Source: a virus. From it: a DNA stretch of 64,000 nucleotides. The stretch is from IMG/VR virus record IMGVR_UViG_3300043178_000025. One strand, written 5' to 3'. Under the pieces are notes generated by a model. It was not told the DNA's origin. It was given only the letters and a program-made list of their open reading frames with translations, and ran no database searches. The translations under genes were made by a program, and so were the position numbers. This document shows, one piece after another, positions 53,935-63,710 of this stretch. How positions within the stretch are numbered: position 1 is the stretch's first letter; each line of letters begins with the position of its first letter.

Positions 53935-54054
53935 GATTCTGCCGACACCCCTCCGTGATGCGGTTTTCCGGGCTCCCGATTAACAGAATTCCGCCGGGGC
54001 CCCTATATAAAGTCTGCGAAGTCGGCCCTTGGTGGCGCGAATTCCGGAAGAAAT
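53935..54054 (+). repeat. second, degenerate cluster of the same core
   Basis: GATTCTGCCGACACC at 53935, GAATTCCGCCG at 53986, GAATTCCGG at 54039 (51-53 bp spacing). Confidence 0.65.
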
Positions 54055-54225
54055 CTGGCGACGCCCTCTACAGGATAATGTCGCCGGAAGGTCAGTTCGC
54101 TGCACGAATCCGCTGCCGAACCGAAAAAAAATGAGGGCACCCCACCTACTTATGCCGAGCCCTCTCCAACTCTGGACAACTTTCGATGGGGTGCCACTCA
54201 ACGGCACCCCCCTCTCTCGATGCGA

Positions 54226-54498
54226 TCACCGTCTGCGGATGTAGCGCGGGTTGTCCGGCATCTCGCCGTTCCCGCCGATCTGCTGCTCTGCACGCCTCCG
54301 GGGTTTCAACTGCCCGAGGGCCTTGAGGTGCTCGAACGCCTGATTGAGTACGTCGCCCACCATGAAGAGTTCGTTCGCCTCAATCTTCATCCAGACCATG
54401 CCCACGAGCGGGATGCCCGTCTGAATGCCGATCTCGATGTGCCCGTCGTCGTACCCGATGCGGGCCGTGACCTTCTCGCTCATCTTCTTCTCGATCAC
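54226..54498 (-). CDS. hypothetical protein
   Basis: 90-aa ORF, GTGA overlap with upstream gene. Confidence 0.6.
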   Translation of the reverse strand: MIEKKMSEKVTARIGYDDGHIEIGIQTGIPLVGMVWMKIEANELFMVGDVLNQAFEHLKALGQLKPRRRAEQQIGGNGEMPDNPRYIRRR

Positions 54499-55433
54499 AG
54501 GCCCTCCATCGCGACTTCGGCGGGCACCACGAGCCCGTAGAAGAGGTCCTCCCGCATGGGACGAATGTGGGAGATGGAATCATACCGGATCGGAGCCATG
54601 TGGAAAAGCACCGTCTTCATCAACGTGAACCAGACGCTCTTCACGGGGAGGTCTGGCTCCTCCTTCGTGAGGAGCTTGTGGTACGCCCTCAAGAGGCCCG
54701 CCATCGACTTCAGGGGCTGTGGCTCCGCGAACTCCATCATGTGCATCCGCCCGTACTTCTTCCGCCGGGCCGGGGGCATCTTGATCCCCAGCTTGTAGAG
54801 CTTCTTGTAGCCGTCGAAGGGCATGAAGTAGGCGTCCTTCGAGATGTGGCTCGGGTGGACCGCCGTGAGGTCGATCAGGTCCTCGATGTCGATGAACGTC
54901 ATCGGCTCCGGGAACCAGACGAGCATGGAGCGGTCCCTGCCGAGGCTCTTCACGAACCGGACGGCGTGATCGCGCCCCTTCGTATCGACGAGTTCGATGG
55001 GCTGGCCCTTCTTGAGCGACGACTGCGGGACCTCCAGCCTGCTCCACGAGACCTGAGTGGTGGTGACGTAGTATTTTCCACCGCGCTCGACGAGGCTGTC
55101 GTCGCGCCTCAGCTTCTCCAGAGCGAAGTCCTTCACGGGGTCGCCTGTCCGTGCGGGCGCTTTCCACGGCCAGTCGTACCGCTTCATCACTTCTTCCCAC
55201 CCCGAGGGCCTGTAGAAGTCCTCGAACGGGATGGGGCTCGCGAGCTTCACGCGGAACTGGGCCTGTACGCCACCGAAGACTTGCTTCTCAATGACGCCCG
55301 CGCCGAGTTCCGGGATCGTGACCTTCACACCCTTGGCCGTGTAGCCCTTCGGAGCCCGCGTCGGATTCCTGCGATGCCCGAGCCGCCGACGGATGGCGGG
55401 GTGCTTGAGCGACAGGGGTCGGTAGAGCCTCAT
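54495..55433 (-). CDS. hypothetical protein with basic N-terminal peptide ending in RRNP
   Basis: 312-aa ORF, ATGA coupling. Confidence 0.75.
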   Translation of the reverse strand: MRLYRPLSLKHPAIRRRLGHRRNPTRAPKGYTAKGVKVTIPELGAGVIEKQVFGGVQAQFRVKLASPIPFEDFYRPSGWEEVMKRYDWPWKAPARTGDPVKDFALEKLRRDDSLVERGGKYYVTTTQVSWSRLEVPQSSLKKGQPIELVDTKGRDHAVRFVKSLGRDRSMLVWFPEPMTFIDIEDLIDLTAVHPSHISKDAYFMPFDGYKKLYKLGIKMPPARRKKYGRMHMMEFAEPQPLKSMAGLLRAYHKLLTKEEPDLPVKSVWFTLMKTVLFHMAPIRYDSISHIRPMREDLFYGLVVPAEVAMEGL

Positions 55434-55678
55434 TTCCTTCCGCCCCCCAGAGCGGCAAGGATGAGACCGCCGAGAGCGATCCCCGCCGCCAGACCGAGGG
55501 CGCTGTAGATCGCCTTCCTGCGCTCGAAGTTGTCACGCAGGCATTCGAGAGCGCACTCCTCGACGGACCTCTGAAGCGCCCGCTTGAACGCCACCTCTTC
55601 CTCCTCGGGAGTGAGCGAGATGACCCGGCCCGAGGGGGTCTTCACGGACAGCGGTACGTCGAGTACGGCAAGCGGCAT
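55430..55678 (-). CDS. small C-terminally membrane-anchored protein
   Basis: GAGG RBS; AIYSALGLAAGIALGGLILAALGGGRK. Confidence 0.7.
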   Translation of the reverse strand: MPLAVLDVPLSVKTPSGRVISLTPEEEEVAFKRALQRSVEECALECLRDNFERRKAIYSALGLAAGIALGGLILAALGGGRK

Positions 55679-55685
55679 AGAACCC

Positions 55686-56027
55686 TCAGAAGAGGAACGT
55701 CCTGTGCAGCGGCCCCGGTTGAAGGGCAGGTGTCCTATAGTATACATGGCCCACCTCGCGCCCGTCCACATAGAGCCGTGCGCCGTGGAGATTCCTCCAG
55801 TTCCGAAGCGTATCCTTCAAGACCTCGAAGCTGGCGAAGTCCGTTCGGAAGCGATTGCCATTCTCGAACTCGATGTAGAGGTCGCCCTCATGATGCGGAC
55901 GACGCTCAATGGCGACGAACTTCACGCGATCCTTTCCAACGGCCTGCCGGATTCCACGAAGATTCCGGCTCTGGCTCACGATGTTGCCGTGACGGTCCCA
56001 GATCGAGAGCATCCGTGGCCGGGCCAT
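55686..56027 (-). CDS. hypothetical protein
   Basis: 113 aa; ends RTFLF. Confidence 0.7.
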   Translation of the reverse strand: MARPRMLSIWDRHGNIVSQSRNLRGIRQAVGKDRVKFVAIERRPHHEGDLYIEFENGNRFRTDFASFEVLKDTLRNWRNLHGARLYVDGREVGHVYYRTPALQPGPLHRTFLF

Positions 56028-56798
56028 CTACCGCCTCGTCCAGAAATCCGGAGCGCCCGCTCCTTTTGCGACACGGATGATTTCCTCGATGGCCGCGTAC
56101 CACGACCGCACGAGCCGCGTGAGCGGTGGCCGTTCGATCCTCGCGGCGTGGACGAGACCCCACATGATCCCTGAGCTTTTGGCCGCGCCAATCCAGTCTC
56201 GACGCTGAAGCTGCCTGTACGCGATGCCGTACACACGACGGAAGAGCTTCGACGCCTCTTTCCGTTCCGCAGGGGTGTGAAGGTTGTAGCGATGCTTCGG
56301 ATTGAAGAGCGTCCTCTGTCCCGCGAGCCCGGGCTTCGGCGGCGGGGGCGGCGGGGGTGGACGCCAGCGACGGCGGCGCTCATACCCGGGGAAGACGATT
56401 CCGGGCCGTCCACGCTCGCGCAGCAGCCGGACTCGACCGCCCGCAACGACGGCACCGCCCGGCCAGTCCTGCTCCAGCTTGGTCTCGTAGTTCCAGATAC
56501 GCCACTTCCCGCGCTTGCTGTAGATGCGCGTCGCCACGCCCATCTGTTCGAGAACCTCGTTGAGGACGTTCTTCGTGAGCATGGTCAGCCAGCCCGCGTC
56601 CGTGATGTAGACGCCCCTTCCCCGGCGCTCCGCGACGAGATTGCCCCACACGTAGAGGCTCTGCCCGTCCGTCGAGTAGCGATGGCGGCGTGTCCCGCCG
56701 TGCATGGGAGTCGTCAGGGCCAGACGCTTCGACTTCCCCGCGAGAAAGGCGCGAACGATCTGCCCCTGATGTCCGCTCTGGCCGTAGCTCCCGATCAT
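56028..56798 (-). CDS. basic modular protein with QRTLFNP motif
   Basis: 256 aa; poly-Pro linker before the motif. Confidence 0.75.
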   Translation of the reverse strand: MIGSYGQSGHQGQIVRAFLAGKSKRLALTTPMHGGTRRHRYSTDGQSLYVWGNLVAERRGRGVYITDAGWLTMLTKNVLNEVLEQMGVATRIYSKRGKWRIWNYETKLEQDWPGGAVVAGGRVRLLRERGRPGIVFPGYERRRRWRPPPPPPPPKPGLAGQRTLFNPKHRYNLHTPAERKEASKLFRRVYGIAYRQLQRRDWIGAAKSSGIMWGLVHAARIERPPLTRLVRSWYAAIEEIIRVAKGAGAPDFWTRR

Positions 56799-58807
56799 CT
56801 GCCCCTCGCGTGCGCGGCCTTCGCCTGCGCGAGCGCCGTGACCCTGTTCGCGGCGCTGATCTTGTAGACGCCTCCGACCACCGTCGCAGGAAGCGTGTCG
56901 ATGGACTCACTCGCCGTCCAGAACTCGCCACGCTGCGGGTACGGAGGCCGGAAGCGGGCGACGAAGTAGGTCTTCGACCGCCGGACGCGGCGAGGGTTGA
57001 CGCGAGAAGCCGACTGAAGCAACGCTAGAATTTCCGTAGCCGGGTGACCGAAGAGCCGTGCACGCTCCGAATGAGAAAGGCTATCCCATCGAATAAGGAG
57101 CGTCCTTGACACGACCGGAGTAAGCCCATCGACGACTCTTCCGTAATGCACGGAATCCCGCAGCTTTTGAACGATCCGAGGCTCCTTGTACAGAGGTCCG
57201 ATGTGTACGCCGTAGAGCGACCTGTAACGCGCACGGTGAGCTTCGGCAGCTTCCTGAAGCAGCCGTTTGTCGTCGCCAATCAACGTCCGCAGATACTTGT
57301 ACAGTTGCGCGAACCCAACATGGGGATTCATAAGCCTGACGGCATCTTTCGGAGAAATGGGATTCATCTTCGCCTTGACCTTCTTCACGCACCGCTCGTA
57401 CTTAGCGGTGCCGCGCCCGAGTCCCACGGCAGCGCAGATCGCCCACGGGTTACGGGGCTTCGGGTTGTTCTTCGTTTTCATAGCCTCCCTCGACCAAGCC
57501 TCGGGCCCCTGTTCCAGAAGATACTTGAGAGCGTAGAGCCTGTCCACGGCATCCTTGAAGCGCCACTCCCCGACAGCGATGGCCGCATCACGAGCGATGC
57601 GTTGTACGGCGTTGAAGACAGGCAATCTCCTGTGTTCGGCAGCGTAGAGACGACCGAGACGTTTCAGCCTGCGAAGTGCATCCTCCGGAGACCCGCCGAA
57701 GTGCTTCGCACGAACGTAGGGATCGCCCTTCTCCCTCATGTAGTTCCAGTTCGTGATGACCTGCTCACGCACTTCACGCTCAAACCCGTAGGCGTTCGTG
57801 AGCCAACGCAGAGTCTTCTTGACCTTTTCAAGCACGTACTGGTATCCGGCTTTGTGACGCTCCGCGTGCTCCGGGTACTCGCTCATGCGATGAGTCAGGT
57901 CGCCGACGTGCTCCGCAGTTGTTCCGTACAGTTGACTGATCCCCGCCATCTGGATTCGCAGCATGGCGCTTTCCGGCCTGCCCCGTTGAGCTTCGGCGAG
58001 CTTCGCGAATCTCGGGTCGGCGTTCCTGCGGGCGTTGAAGAGCATCGGCATGGGCAGCTTGAGACGACGGTACGTTTTCAGCGCCTCCTCCTTCGCCTCC
58101 GCGAACGACGCCGCAGACTTCCGAATGCCAACCTGCTTCCCGACCTGTATCCACCAGTACCAGACGTTTCCGTCGAGGCTTTTGATGACGTACAGGTGGT
58201 GTCCGGAGGCCATTCGCCGACGCCACATCCTAGAATAGACCCGCTCCCATGGATCGCCGTTCCGATTGAAGAGCATGGTCTGTCCGCGTCGCACGAACTC
58301 GCGCAGCCGACTCTCGGTCATGCTGATCGCCTCACGCTTCGTATGGAAGACTTTCGCCCACAGGTTCTTGAAGTGCTCGCCCGTCGCCGTCCTCGGATCA
58401 CCCATGATGGTGTAGATGCGGCCCAAGTAACGGTTCCTCCGGAGCGAAGAGTCTACGCTCACGTAGGCGTGGTACTGAGCCGTCGCCATCGTCCATACTG
58501 TTCGGCTCTCGTTGAAAAGAGTCTTCGGCGGATGCTTCACATAACGCCTGTGCGCTGCGAGCGCCTTCTCCCCGGCCTTCTCCATCGAACTCGGCTCCGT
58601 TCCCGTCGCCACGACCATAAAAAGTCGCTCCGGAGGATCAACGCCAAGTTGCTGGTATATCTTACGGCGGGGATTCCGCACAAGCGCACGCCACAGAATC
58701 TCCCGGCCCGGGTACGCGATGACTTCCACGAACCCGTTCTCAAGGTGCATGACCCACTTCTTCAGGGCCTTGCCTTCGAGCTTGTACCAGCGGTTGAGTT
58801 CTGTCAT
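56795..58807 (-). CDS. modular LFN/NP-punctuated protein (putative polyprotein)
   Basis: 670 aa; TLFNE, MLFNR, MLFNA, VFNA and several xNP motifs. Confidence 0.8.
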   Translation of the reverse strand: MTELNRWYKLEGKALKKWVMHLENGFVEVIAYPGREILWRALVRNPRRKIYQQLGVDPPERLFMVVATGTEPSSMEKAGEKALAAHRRYVKHPPKTLFNESRTVWTMATAQYHAYVSVDSSLRRNRYLGRIYTIMGDPRTATGEHFKNLWAKVFHTKREAISMTESRLREFVRRGQTMLFNRNGDPWERVYSRMWRRRMASGHHLYVIKSLDGNVWYWWIQVGKQVGIRKSAASFAEAKEEALKTYRRLKLPMPMLFNARRNADPRFAKLAEAQRGRPESAMLRIQMAGISQLYGTTAEHVGDLTHRMSEYPEHAERHKAGYQYVLEKVKKTLRWLTNAYGFEREVREQVITNWNYMREKGDPYVRAKHFGGSPEDALRRLKRLGRLYAAEHRRLPVFNAVQRIARDAAIAVGEWRFKDAVDRLYALKYLLEQGPEAWSREAMKTKNNPKPRNPWAICAAVGLGRGTAKYERCVKKVKAKMNPISPKDAVRLMNPHVGFAQLYKYLRTLIGDDKRLLQEAAEAHRARYRSLYGVHIGPLYKEPRIVQKLRDSVHYGRVVDGLTPVVSRTLLIRWDSLSHSERARLFGHPATEILALLQSASRVNPRRVRRSKTYFVARFRPPYPQRGEFWTASESIDTLPATVVGGVYKISAANRVTALAQAKAAHARGR

Positions 58808-60195
58808 CAGAACATCATCCTCGGCGTGCGCCGGACCGCCTCCTCATAGGCTTCCTGTCCGCGCTCGTATGCCTTCATGTGGCTCGCCGAAACTCCTGCT
58901 GCGACCGGAGCTTTCTGCCCGCGAAGGAAGACGTGCCACAGATAGACACAACGACGCCGACCCCTGCGCCCACGCAGAACGCCTTCGACCCGAATCTCTC
59001 CACGCGGCATCGTCATGATGTTCGGGTTGAAAAGCATCCTCGGCTTCTTCCGTACCAGCCGACTGTATGCCTTCTTCGCCTCGGCACGCGCTTGCGCCCG
59101 CGTCCGGGCCAGCCCGGACGCGGCGGGCCCCCAGAAGCCGCGCTGTCCGGCATGTTCGCCGTGGGTGAATGTGGTCAGAAGGTAGACCCGCCATTCGTAG
59201 AGCGCCGGATGCCGGGACGTTGGTGCCCGCCACTCAATGACGATCTTCCCCTGCGGCAGGATCGACTGCTCCGGGTTGAAGAGCATCTCCGGATGCTTTG
59301 GCGGGAGAAAGTGCGGGACTTCCCGCTCTGCATCGCGCTTGGCTTCAGGAATGCTGTTCCCGAAGCCGCGAGCCATGATCTTCTCGTCATGCCTCCTGTA
59401 CAGAAACCACTTCCACCATCGAATGGCGGCACGTCCGCTCGCGCCGGGAGCACGTTCCGGCTCCATCATGATGAAGTAGTCGCCGAGTTCGGCCCAGAAC
59501 CGTCCCTTGCCCGGATACCAGCGGTACTTGTACTTGCGAGCCCTCGGATTGAAAAGCATCCGCAAGAAGCGCGTTTCGTAGTACGCCTGAGCCGTCATCT
59601 TCGCCTGCTCGCGAGTATCGACGATGCCTTCCTTCAGCGTGTCGGCAGTCTCTCTATTCATAACCTTCCAGAGCCATCTGCTCTCGATAGGAACGACCAT
59701 GAGCACGGCCTTCTTCGGGCTCGCATAGATTTCGCTGCGCCCAACCGGATACCAGCGGTACTTCGGATTGAAGAGCATCCGAAACTTCTTCGGTTTGAGG
59801 CGCTCCTTGATGTTCGCCGCCCGCATCGCCCTCTGAGCGACTTTCTTGCTCGGATACGGTCCGACGACGTTGATCCACGGAAACCGCATGGCGCTTCGCG
59901 CCTTCTGAAGCTCCCACGAGCCGTCCTCACGCTGCCCGACCCACCAGCGGGCAGGTTGAAGGCGGGAGTTGAAGAGCGTGCGTTCGCCCGCGAGAGTTGA
60001 CGGACGCCACGCATCGGGCCAACGTCCATCCTTGGCTTCCTCCATGAGGTAATGAAGCCTGTGATACTCGCGGGTCGTCAGGCCGAACTTCTCCGCGAAG
60101 TCGATAGCGTCATGAGCAGGACTGCTCCGTTCAATGGCCGATCCACGCCGTTCAGCCCAAGCTCGAAAGGCTTTTATGTGATCCACGAGCTTCAT
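58807..60195 (-). CDS. modular LFNP-punctuated protein (putative polyprotein)
   Basis: Start corrected to ATG 60195 (ATGA overlap); TLFNS, MLFNP x4, ends RMMF*. Confidence 0.82.
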   Translation of the reverse strand: MKLVDHIKAFRAWAERRGSAIERSSPAHDAIDFAEKFGLTTREYHRLHYLMEEAKDGRWPDAWRPSTLAGERTLFNSRLQPARWWVGQREDGSWELQKARSAMRFPWINVVGPYPSKKVAQRAMRAANIKERLKPKKFRMLFNPKYRWYPVGRSEIYASPKKAVLMVVPIESRWLWKVMNRETADTLKEGIVDTREQAKMTAQAYYETRFLRMLFNPRARKYKYRWYPGKGRFWAELGDYFIMMEPERAPGASGRAAIRWWKWFLYRRHDEKIMARGFGNSIPEAKRDAEREVPHFLPPKHPEMLFNPEQSILPQGKIVIEWRAPTSRHPALYEWRVYLLTTFTHGEHAGQRGFWGPAASGLARTRAQARAEAKKAYSRLVRKKPRMLFNPNIMTMPRGEIRVEGVLRGRRGRRRCVYLWHVFLRGQKAPVAAGVSASHMKAYERGQEAYEEAVRRTPRMMF

Positions 60196-61448
60196 CGCTG
60201 CACCGCGTTGAAGAGCATTCGCGTATCCGTATCGAGGCCCCTGAGCCTCTTCACGTAAGCGACCTCGGCGAAAGCCTGCGCTTTTCTCAGGCTGTTGGCG
60301 CGGCCTTTGAACACGATCTTGTATTTGCTGCCGACAAGGATTCCGTAGTGGAACTTGAAGGGCGGCTCTTCCGTGACGACCATGAGCGTGACGCCAGCCT
60401 TCGGCTTCGCTTCCCACGTCACGGTCGAGGTCTTCTTCCACTTCAGCTTCGGCTTCCAGCGCAGAGGGTTGAAGAGCGTCCTCTGCGCGACACGCATGAG
60501 CATTCGTCCAGCGACGAACTTCACGCTCGACAGCGGCCATGCTCTCCCTTGATCGAGCGAGTAGCCTTCCCCTCCCGGCTTGTACACGGTCCAGTAGTAG
60601 AAGCGTTGGTACGCAGGACTTCTCTGGATTTTCGCCCTGAAGCCTTCGTAGTCCGCGACATAGCCACCCTTGACGCGCTGCCACTTCGGTTCCTTCGGGT
60701 TGAAAAGACTTAGCCCACCCTGCCACCGTTCCACGGCCCGCTGCGCTTCACGGGCGGAACCCTCGTCGCCCGACGCCGCGAGCCCGCCGTCGCTCTTCCT
60801 CCAGATCGACCAGCGGTACGCCTTTCCCCTGTACTCGCTGCCGTCCAGCGTCGCCCTGAACCGGGGATGCTCTCCGTGATGCGTGTACAGGTAGAACGAG
60901 TCCTTCTTCCACGTCCAGCGTGCAGGGTTGAACATCATGCGGGCCCGTGGCGGCGCTTTCCAGAGGTCCCCGATCCCGTGCTTTTTGATCCGGGCCAGAA
61001 TGTCCCGCGCTCTCGCGACGGCCTTCCTCTGCCCGTCTTTGGGGTTGCGAGCGTCGCCTCCAGCGATCCAGCGTCCGGTGTCGCTGAAGAGGATGTAGTA
61101 TCTGAACTCAGCGGTGGGACCGCGCCCGTACTGCTCGACTCTGGCCTTGATGGGCCCGAAGCTCCTCCCCCACCATACGCCCCAGTCCTCGCCCCACCTG
61201 CGCCAGAGCGCAGGATTGAGCTTCGTCGGGTAGACACCGATGGACTGACCGATCAAGCTCTTGAGAGCCGAGCGCCAGTTGCGCTTGAACTCCGACCTGA
61301 TCCGCTCGATCTCGAAGTGGTAGATCGGACGGACATCCCAGCGGTAGCGCCCCCGGTCCGTCTCGATCTCAAGAACGAGCGTGTTCTTCTCGTAGCCGAC
61401 GATCCGTGCAGAGCGCACCGGGTTCTCAAGAGCCCGGAGTGCGCCCAT
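60192..61448 (-). CDS. modular LFNP-punctuated protein (putative polyprotein)
   Basis: 418 aa; MMFNP, SLFNP, TLFNP, MLFNA. Confidence 0.82.
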   Translation of the reverse strand: MGALRALENPVRSARIVGYEKNTLVLEIETDRGRYRWDVRPIYHFEIERIRSEFKRNWRSALKSLIGQSIGVYPTKLNPALWRRWGEDWGVWWGRSFGPIKARVEQYGRGPTAEFRYYILFSDTGRWIAGGDARNPKDGQRKAVARARDILARIKKHGIGDLWKAPPRARMMFNPARWTWKKDSFYLYTHHGEHPRFRATLDGSEYRGKAYRWSIWRKSDGGLAASGDEGSAREAQRAVERWQGGLSLFNPKEPKWQRVKGGYVADYEGFRAKIQRSPAYQRFYYWTVYKPGGEGYSLDQGRAWPLSSVKFVAGRMLMRVAQRTLFNPLRWKPKLKWKKTSTVTWEAKPKAGVTLMVVTEEPPFKFHYGILVGSKYKIVFKGRANSLRKAQAFAEVAYVKRLRGLDTDTRMLFNAVQR

Positions 61449-61450
61449 CG

Positions 61451-62068
61451 CTACATCCCGTAGTTGTTCGCGTCGTCGCCGAGCCGAACGTCCTGCCTCC
61501 TGAGACCCTGCTCCGTCACGAACGTCGTGTCAGGCAGGTCGCCGGGCTTGAGCGGGAACCGGGCCGCGTCGATGGCGCTCCGGAGCATGGGAAGCTGTCC
61601 CATGCCGTCGTCCTCGTCGAAGTCCCCCATGTCGCCCGCGTCGAAATCGTCGTAGTCCCCCATGCCGCCCGGCATCTGGACCTCGTCCTCGTCGTAGTGC
61701 CCCATGCCCGCGCCCGTGATCCGGAACGCGGCCATGAGCGCCTTGTCCCCGGGCCGCGTGTGCTTGAGCGACGTGCCACGGGTCGGCCAGATTTCGACGA
61801 GTTCGAGGATGCGCCTCATGAAGCGGCGCGGATGCTTCTTCCCCGGATGGCGCTTCTTCCACCTGTCGATCTCGGCCTCCGTCATCCTCTCGAACCGCCG
61901 CTTCTCGATGCGTGCGATCTCCCCGTTCGGAGTCACGACGTAGTCGCCCTTGCGGACGAACGCCCTCCTGATCCACCGGACCTTGCAGTTCGCGCCGCAC
62001 TCCGTCCGGATGCGCTCGACTGCCTCGTTGATGGCCGAACTCAGCTTGTAGACGACGCCCATGGTCAT
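61451..62068 (-). CDS. probable virion protein with GMG-repeat acidic tail
   Basis: GGAGG-like RBS, ATGA overlap; GAGMGHY, GGMGDY, GDMGDF, DGMGQL. Confidence 0.7.
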   Translation of the reverse strand: MTMGVVYKLSSAINEAVERIRTECGANCKVRWIRRAFVRKGDYVVTPNGEIARIEKRRFERMTEAEIDRWKKRHPGKKHPRRFMRRILELVEIWPTRGTSLKHTRPGDKALMAAFRITGAGMGHYDEDEVQMPGGMGDYDDFDAGDMGDFDEDDGMGQLPMLRSAIDAARFPLKPGDLPDTTFVTEQGLRRQDVRLGDDANNYGM

Positions 62069-62424
62069 GCCGGAATCCTCCCTTCCTTCACGGCCCTTCG
62101 ACTTTCGCGCCATCCCCCGTAGATGCGGGCGATGCGATGCGTGTTCAGGATCGCCATGCCGAATCCGACCACGCTGAAAATCCAAAGCCACGGCGAAATC
62201 GCTTCGTGGACCTTCTTCACGGGCTCCGGAGTGATCGTCGGCTTCTCCGGAGTCAGGAACGTGAGCGGCTCCTGTCCGAGGCCCGACGACCTCTCCTTCA
62301 CGAGATCACAGAGCGCACGGCACGCAATATCGACGGCCTGCTGCTTGGGCATACCCTGAGCGATGAGGCGATTCGCCTCGTCCCGGGCCACAGCCATCAG
62401 TCCGTGAAGCGTCGCGTCGTCCAT
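62065..62424 (-). CDS. probable virion membrane protein
   Basis: SGLGQ motif; TM segment ISPWLWIFSVVGFGMAILN then basic tail. Confidence 0.7.
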   Translation of the reverse strand: MDDATLHGLMAVARDEANRLIAQGMPKQQAVDIACRALCDLVKERSSGLGQEPLTFLTPEKPTITPEPVKKVHEAISPWLWIFSVVGFGMAILNTHRIARIYGGWRESRRAVKEGRIPA

Positions 62425-63701
62425 TACGCCACCGCCGCCACCACCGCCGCCGCAGGCACGGCCAGAAGCCAGATCGGGAATCCGCCCGTCTTCTTGCCCT
62501 CAGCTTTCGCGACGGAGTCCTTGACCTGATCCGGGGTCATCGCGTTCACCTGCGCGGCCATGTTCGCCGGAACCTCGACCGCTCCCGTGCCCGTCCGGAT
62601 GCGAAGGCCCGTGGACTTCCCGTCCGCGATCACGTCGAAGCGGTCCCCGGGGCTCGTGAGACCGAGAGCGCCTTTCGCCGCATCCTCGACGGTCGCCCAC
62701 GCACCGACTTCCCTGCCTTCGACGACGACCTTGAACTTCCCGTCGGCCACAGGCGGCGGCGGGGGCGGCACTTCACTCGGCGTCGGGACCTCCTGCGTGG
62801 GAGGCTCGACGTTGGCGACAGGCGGGGCGCTCTCCGGAATCTTCATCTCGCCCTTCGCCATCTTGTCCATGACCCCGAGCTTGTCGTCGAGGCTCATCGC
62901 GTTCCACTTGTCCGGGGTGATGCCCACGGAGGCGAACATCTGCTGGTTCTGCGCGAAGAAGTCGTTGACCTGATTGCGGAGACTCATCTCGGACTTCTGC
63001 GCCTCGGCCTCCATCGCCTTCGCTTCCTTCTTCGCGAGCTTCTTCGCCGCCGCAGCCGCCTTCTTCTCCTGAGCGACCTTGATACCCGTGGCGATGACCG
63101 TCGCCGCAGCAAGGCTCGCGCCTCCCGTGAACGGGGCCAACGCCGCGCCCGCGATGGTCACGATGGTCGCGCCGTACTTCTTCGCGACCTTCATGACGGG
63201 CTTCCCGACCTTCTTGATGAACTTCTTGAAGCCGCGCTTCTTCTTCCCGAGGTCTTCGAGTCCGGCAAGTCCGGGCGGCTTGATCCCGGTCTCCTCCATG
63301 AGTTCGACCGTGATCTGCTGCGCGATGGCCTTCGCAGGATCAGGCTGACGCAGCAGGGTCTTGATGACATCGCGAGACTCAGGGTCCTTCATCTCCTCCA
63401 TGAGGAGGGCGGCGACCCTGCGGTCGAGCTTCTTCAGCGCCTCCATCTCGACCGGATCGAGTTGCCCGAGCGTCATGGCGAGCACGTTCGGGTCCGGCAT
63501 CGGTCCGTGAACCCACGGATCGACATACAGCGTGCCAGAACGCCTGTCGTAGTGGCTGAGGATGCCCGGCGTCATCTCTGCGGCGGGCCTGTAGTAGTTC
63601 GCCATTCCGTAGTCGGGTTCGTCGCTCTCATAGTTCCGGATGACGCTCTTCTCCTCGTTCTCGTTCCGGTACGAGAGGCTTCCCACGCTCATGTAGGGCA
63701 T
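62424..63701 (-). CDS. probable virion membrane-active protein
   Basis: LG followed by amphipathic KKKRGFKKFIKKVGK, AALAPFTGGASLAAA, C-terminal TM GFPIWLLAVPAAAVVAAVA. Confidence 0.75.
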   Translation of the reverse strand: MPYMSVGSLSYRNENEEKSVIRNYESDEPDYGMANYYRPAAEMTPGILSHYDRRSGTLYVDPWVHGPMPDPNVLAMTLGQLDPVEMEALKKLDRRVAALLMEEMKDPESRDVIKTLLRQPDPAKAIAQQITVELMEETGIKPPGLAGLEDLGKKKRGFKKFIKKVGKPVMKVAKKYGATIVTIAGAALAPFTGGASLAAATVIATGIKVAQEKKAAAAAKKLAKKEAKAMEAEAQKSEMSLRNQVNDFFAQNQQMFASVGITPDKWNAMSLDDKLGVMDKMAKGEMKIPESAPPVANVEPPTQEVPTPSEVPPPPPPVADGKFKVVVEGREVGAWATVEDAAKGALGLTSPGDRFDVIADGKSTGLRIRTGTGAVEVPANMAAQVNAMTPDQVKDSVAKAEGKKTGGFPIWLLAVPAAAVVAAVA

Positions 63702-63710
63702 GTCGATCCT

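Noticed and set aside
60196-60726. N-terminal 177 aa of the 639-aa ORF 58807-60726
   Set aside because: Overlaps the 60192-61448 gene in another frame; the ATGA overlap places the real start at 60195.
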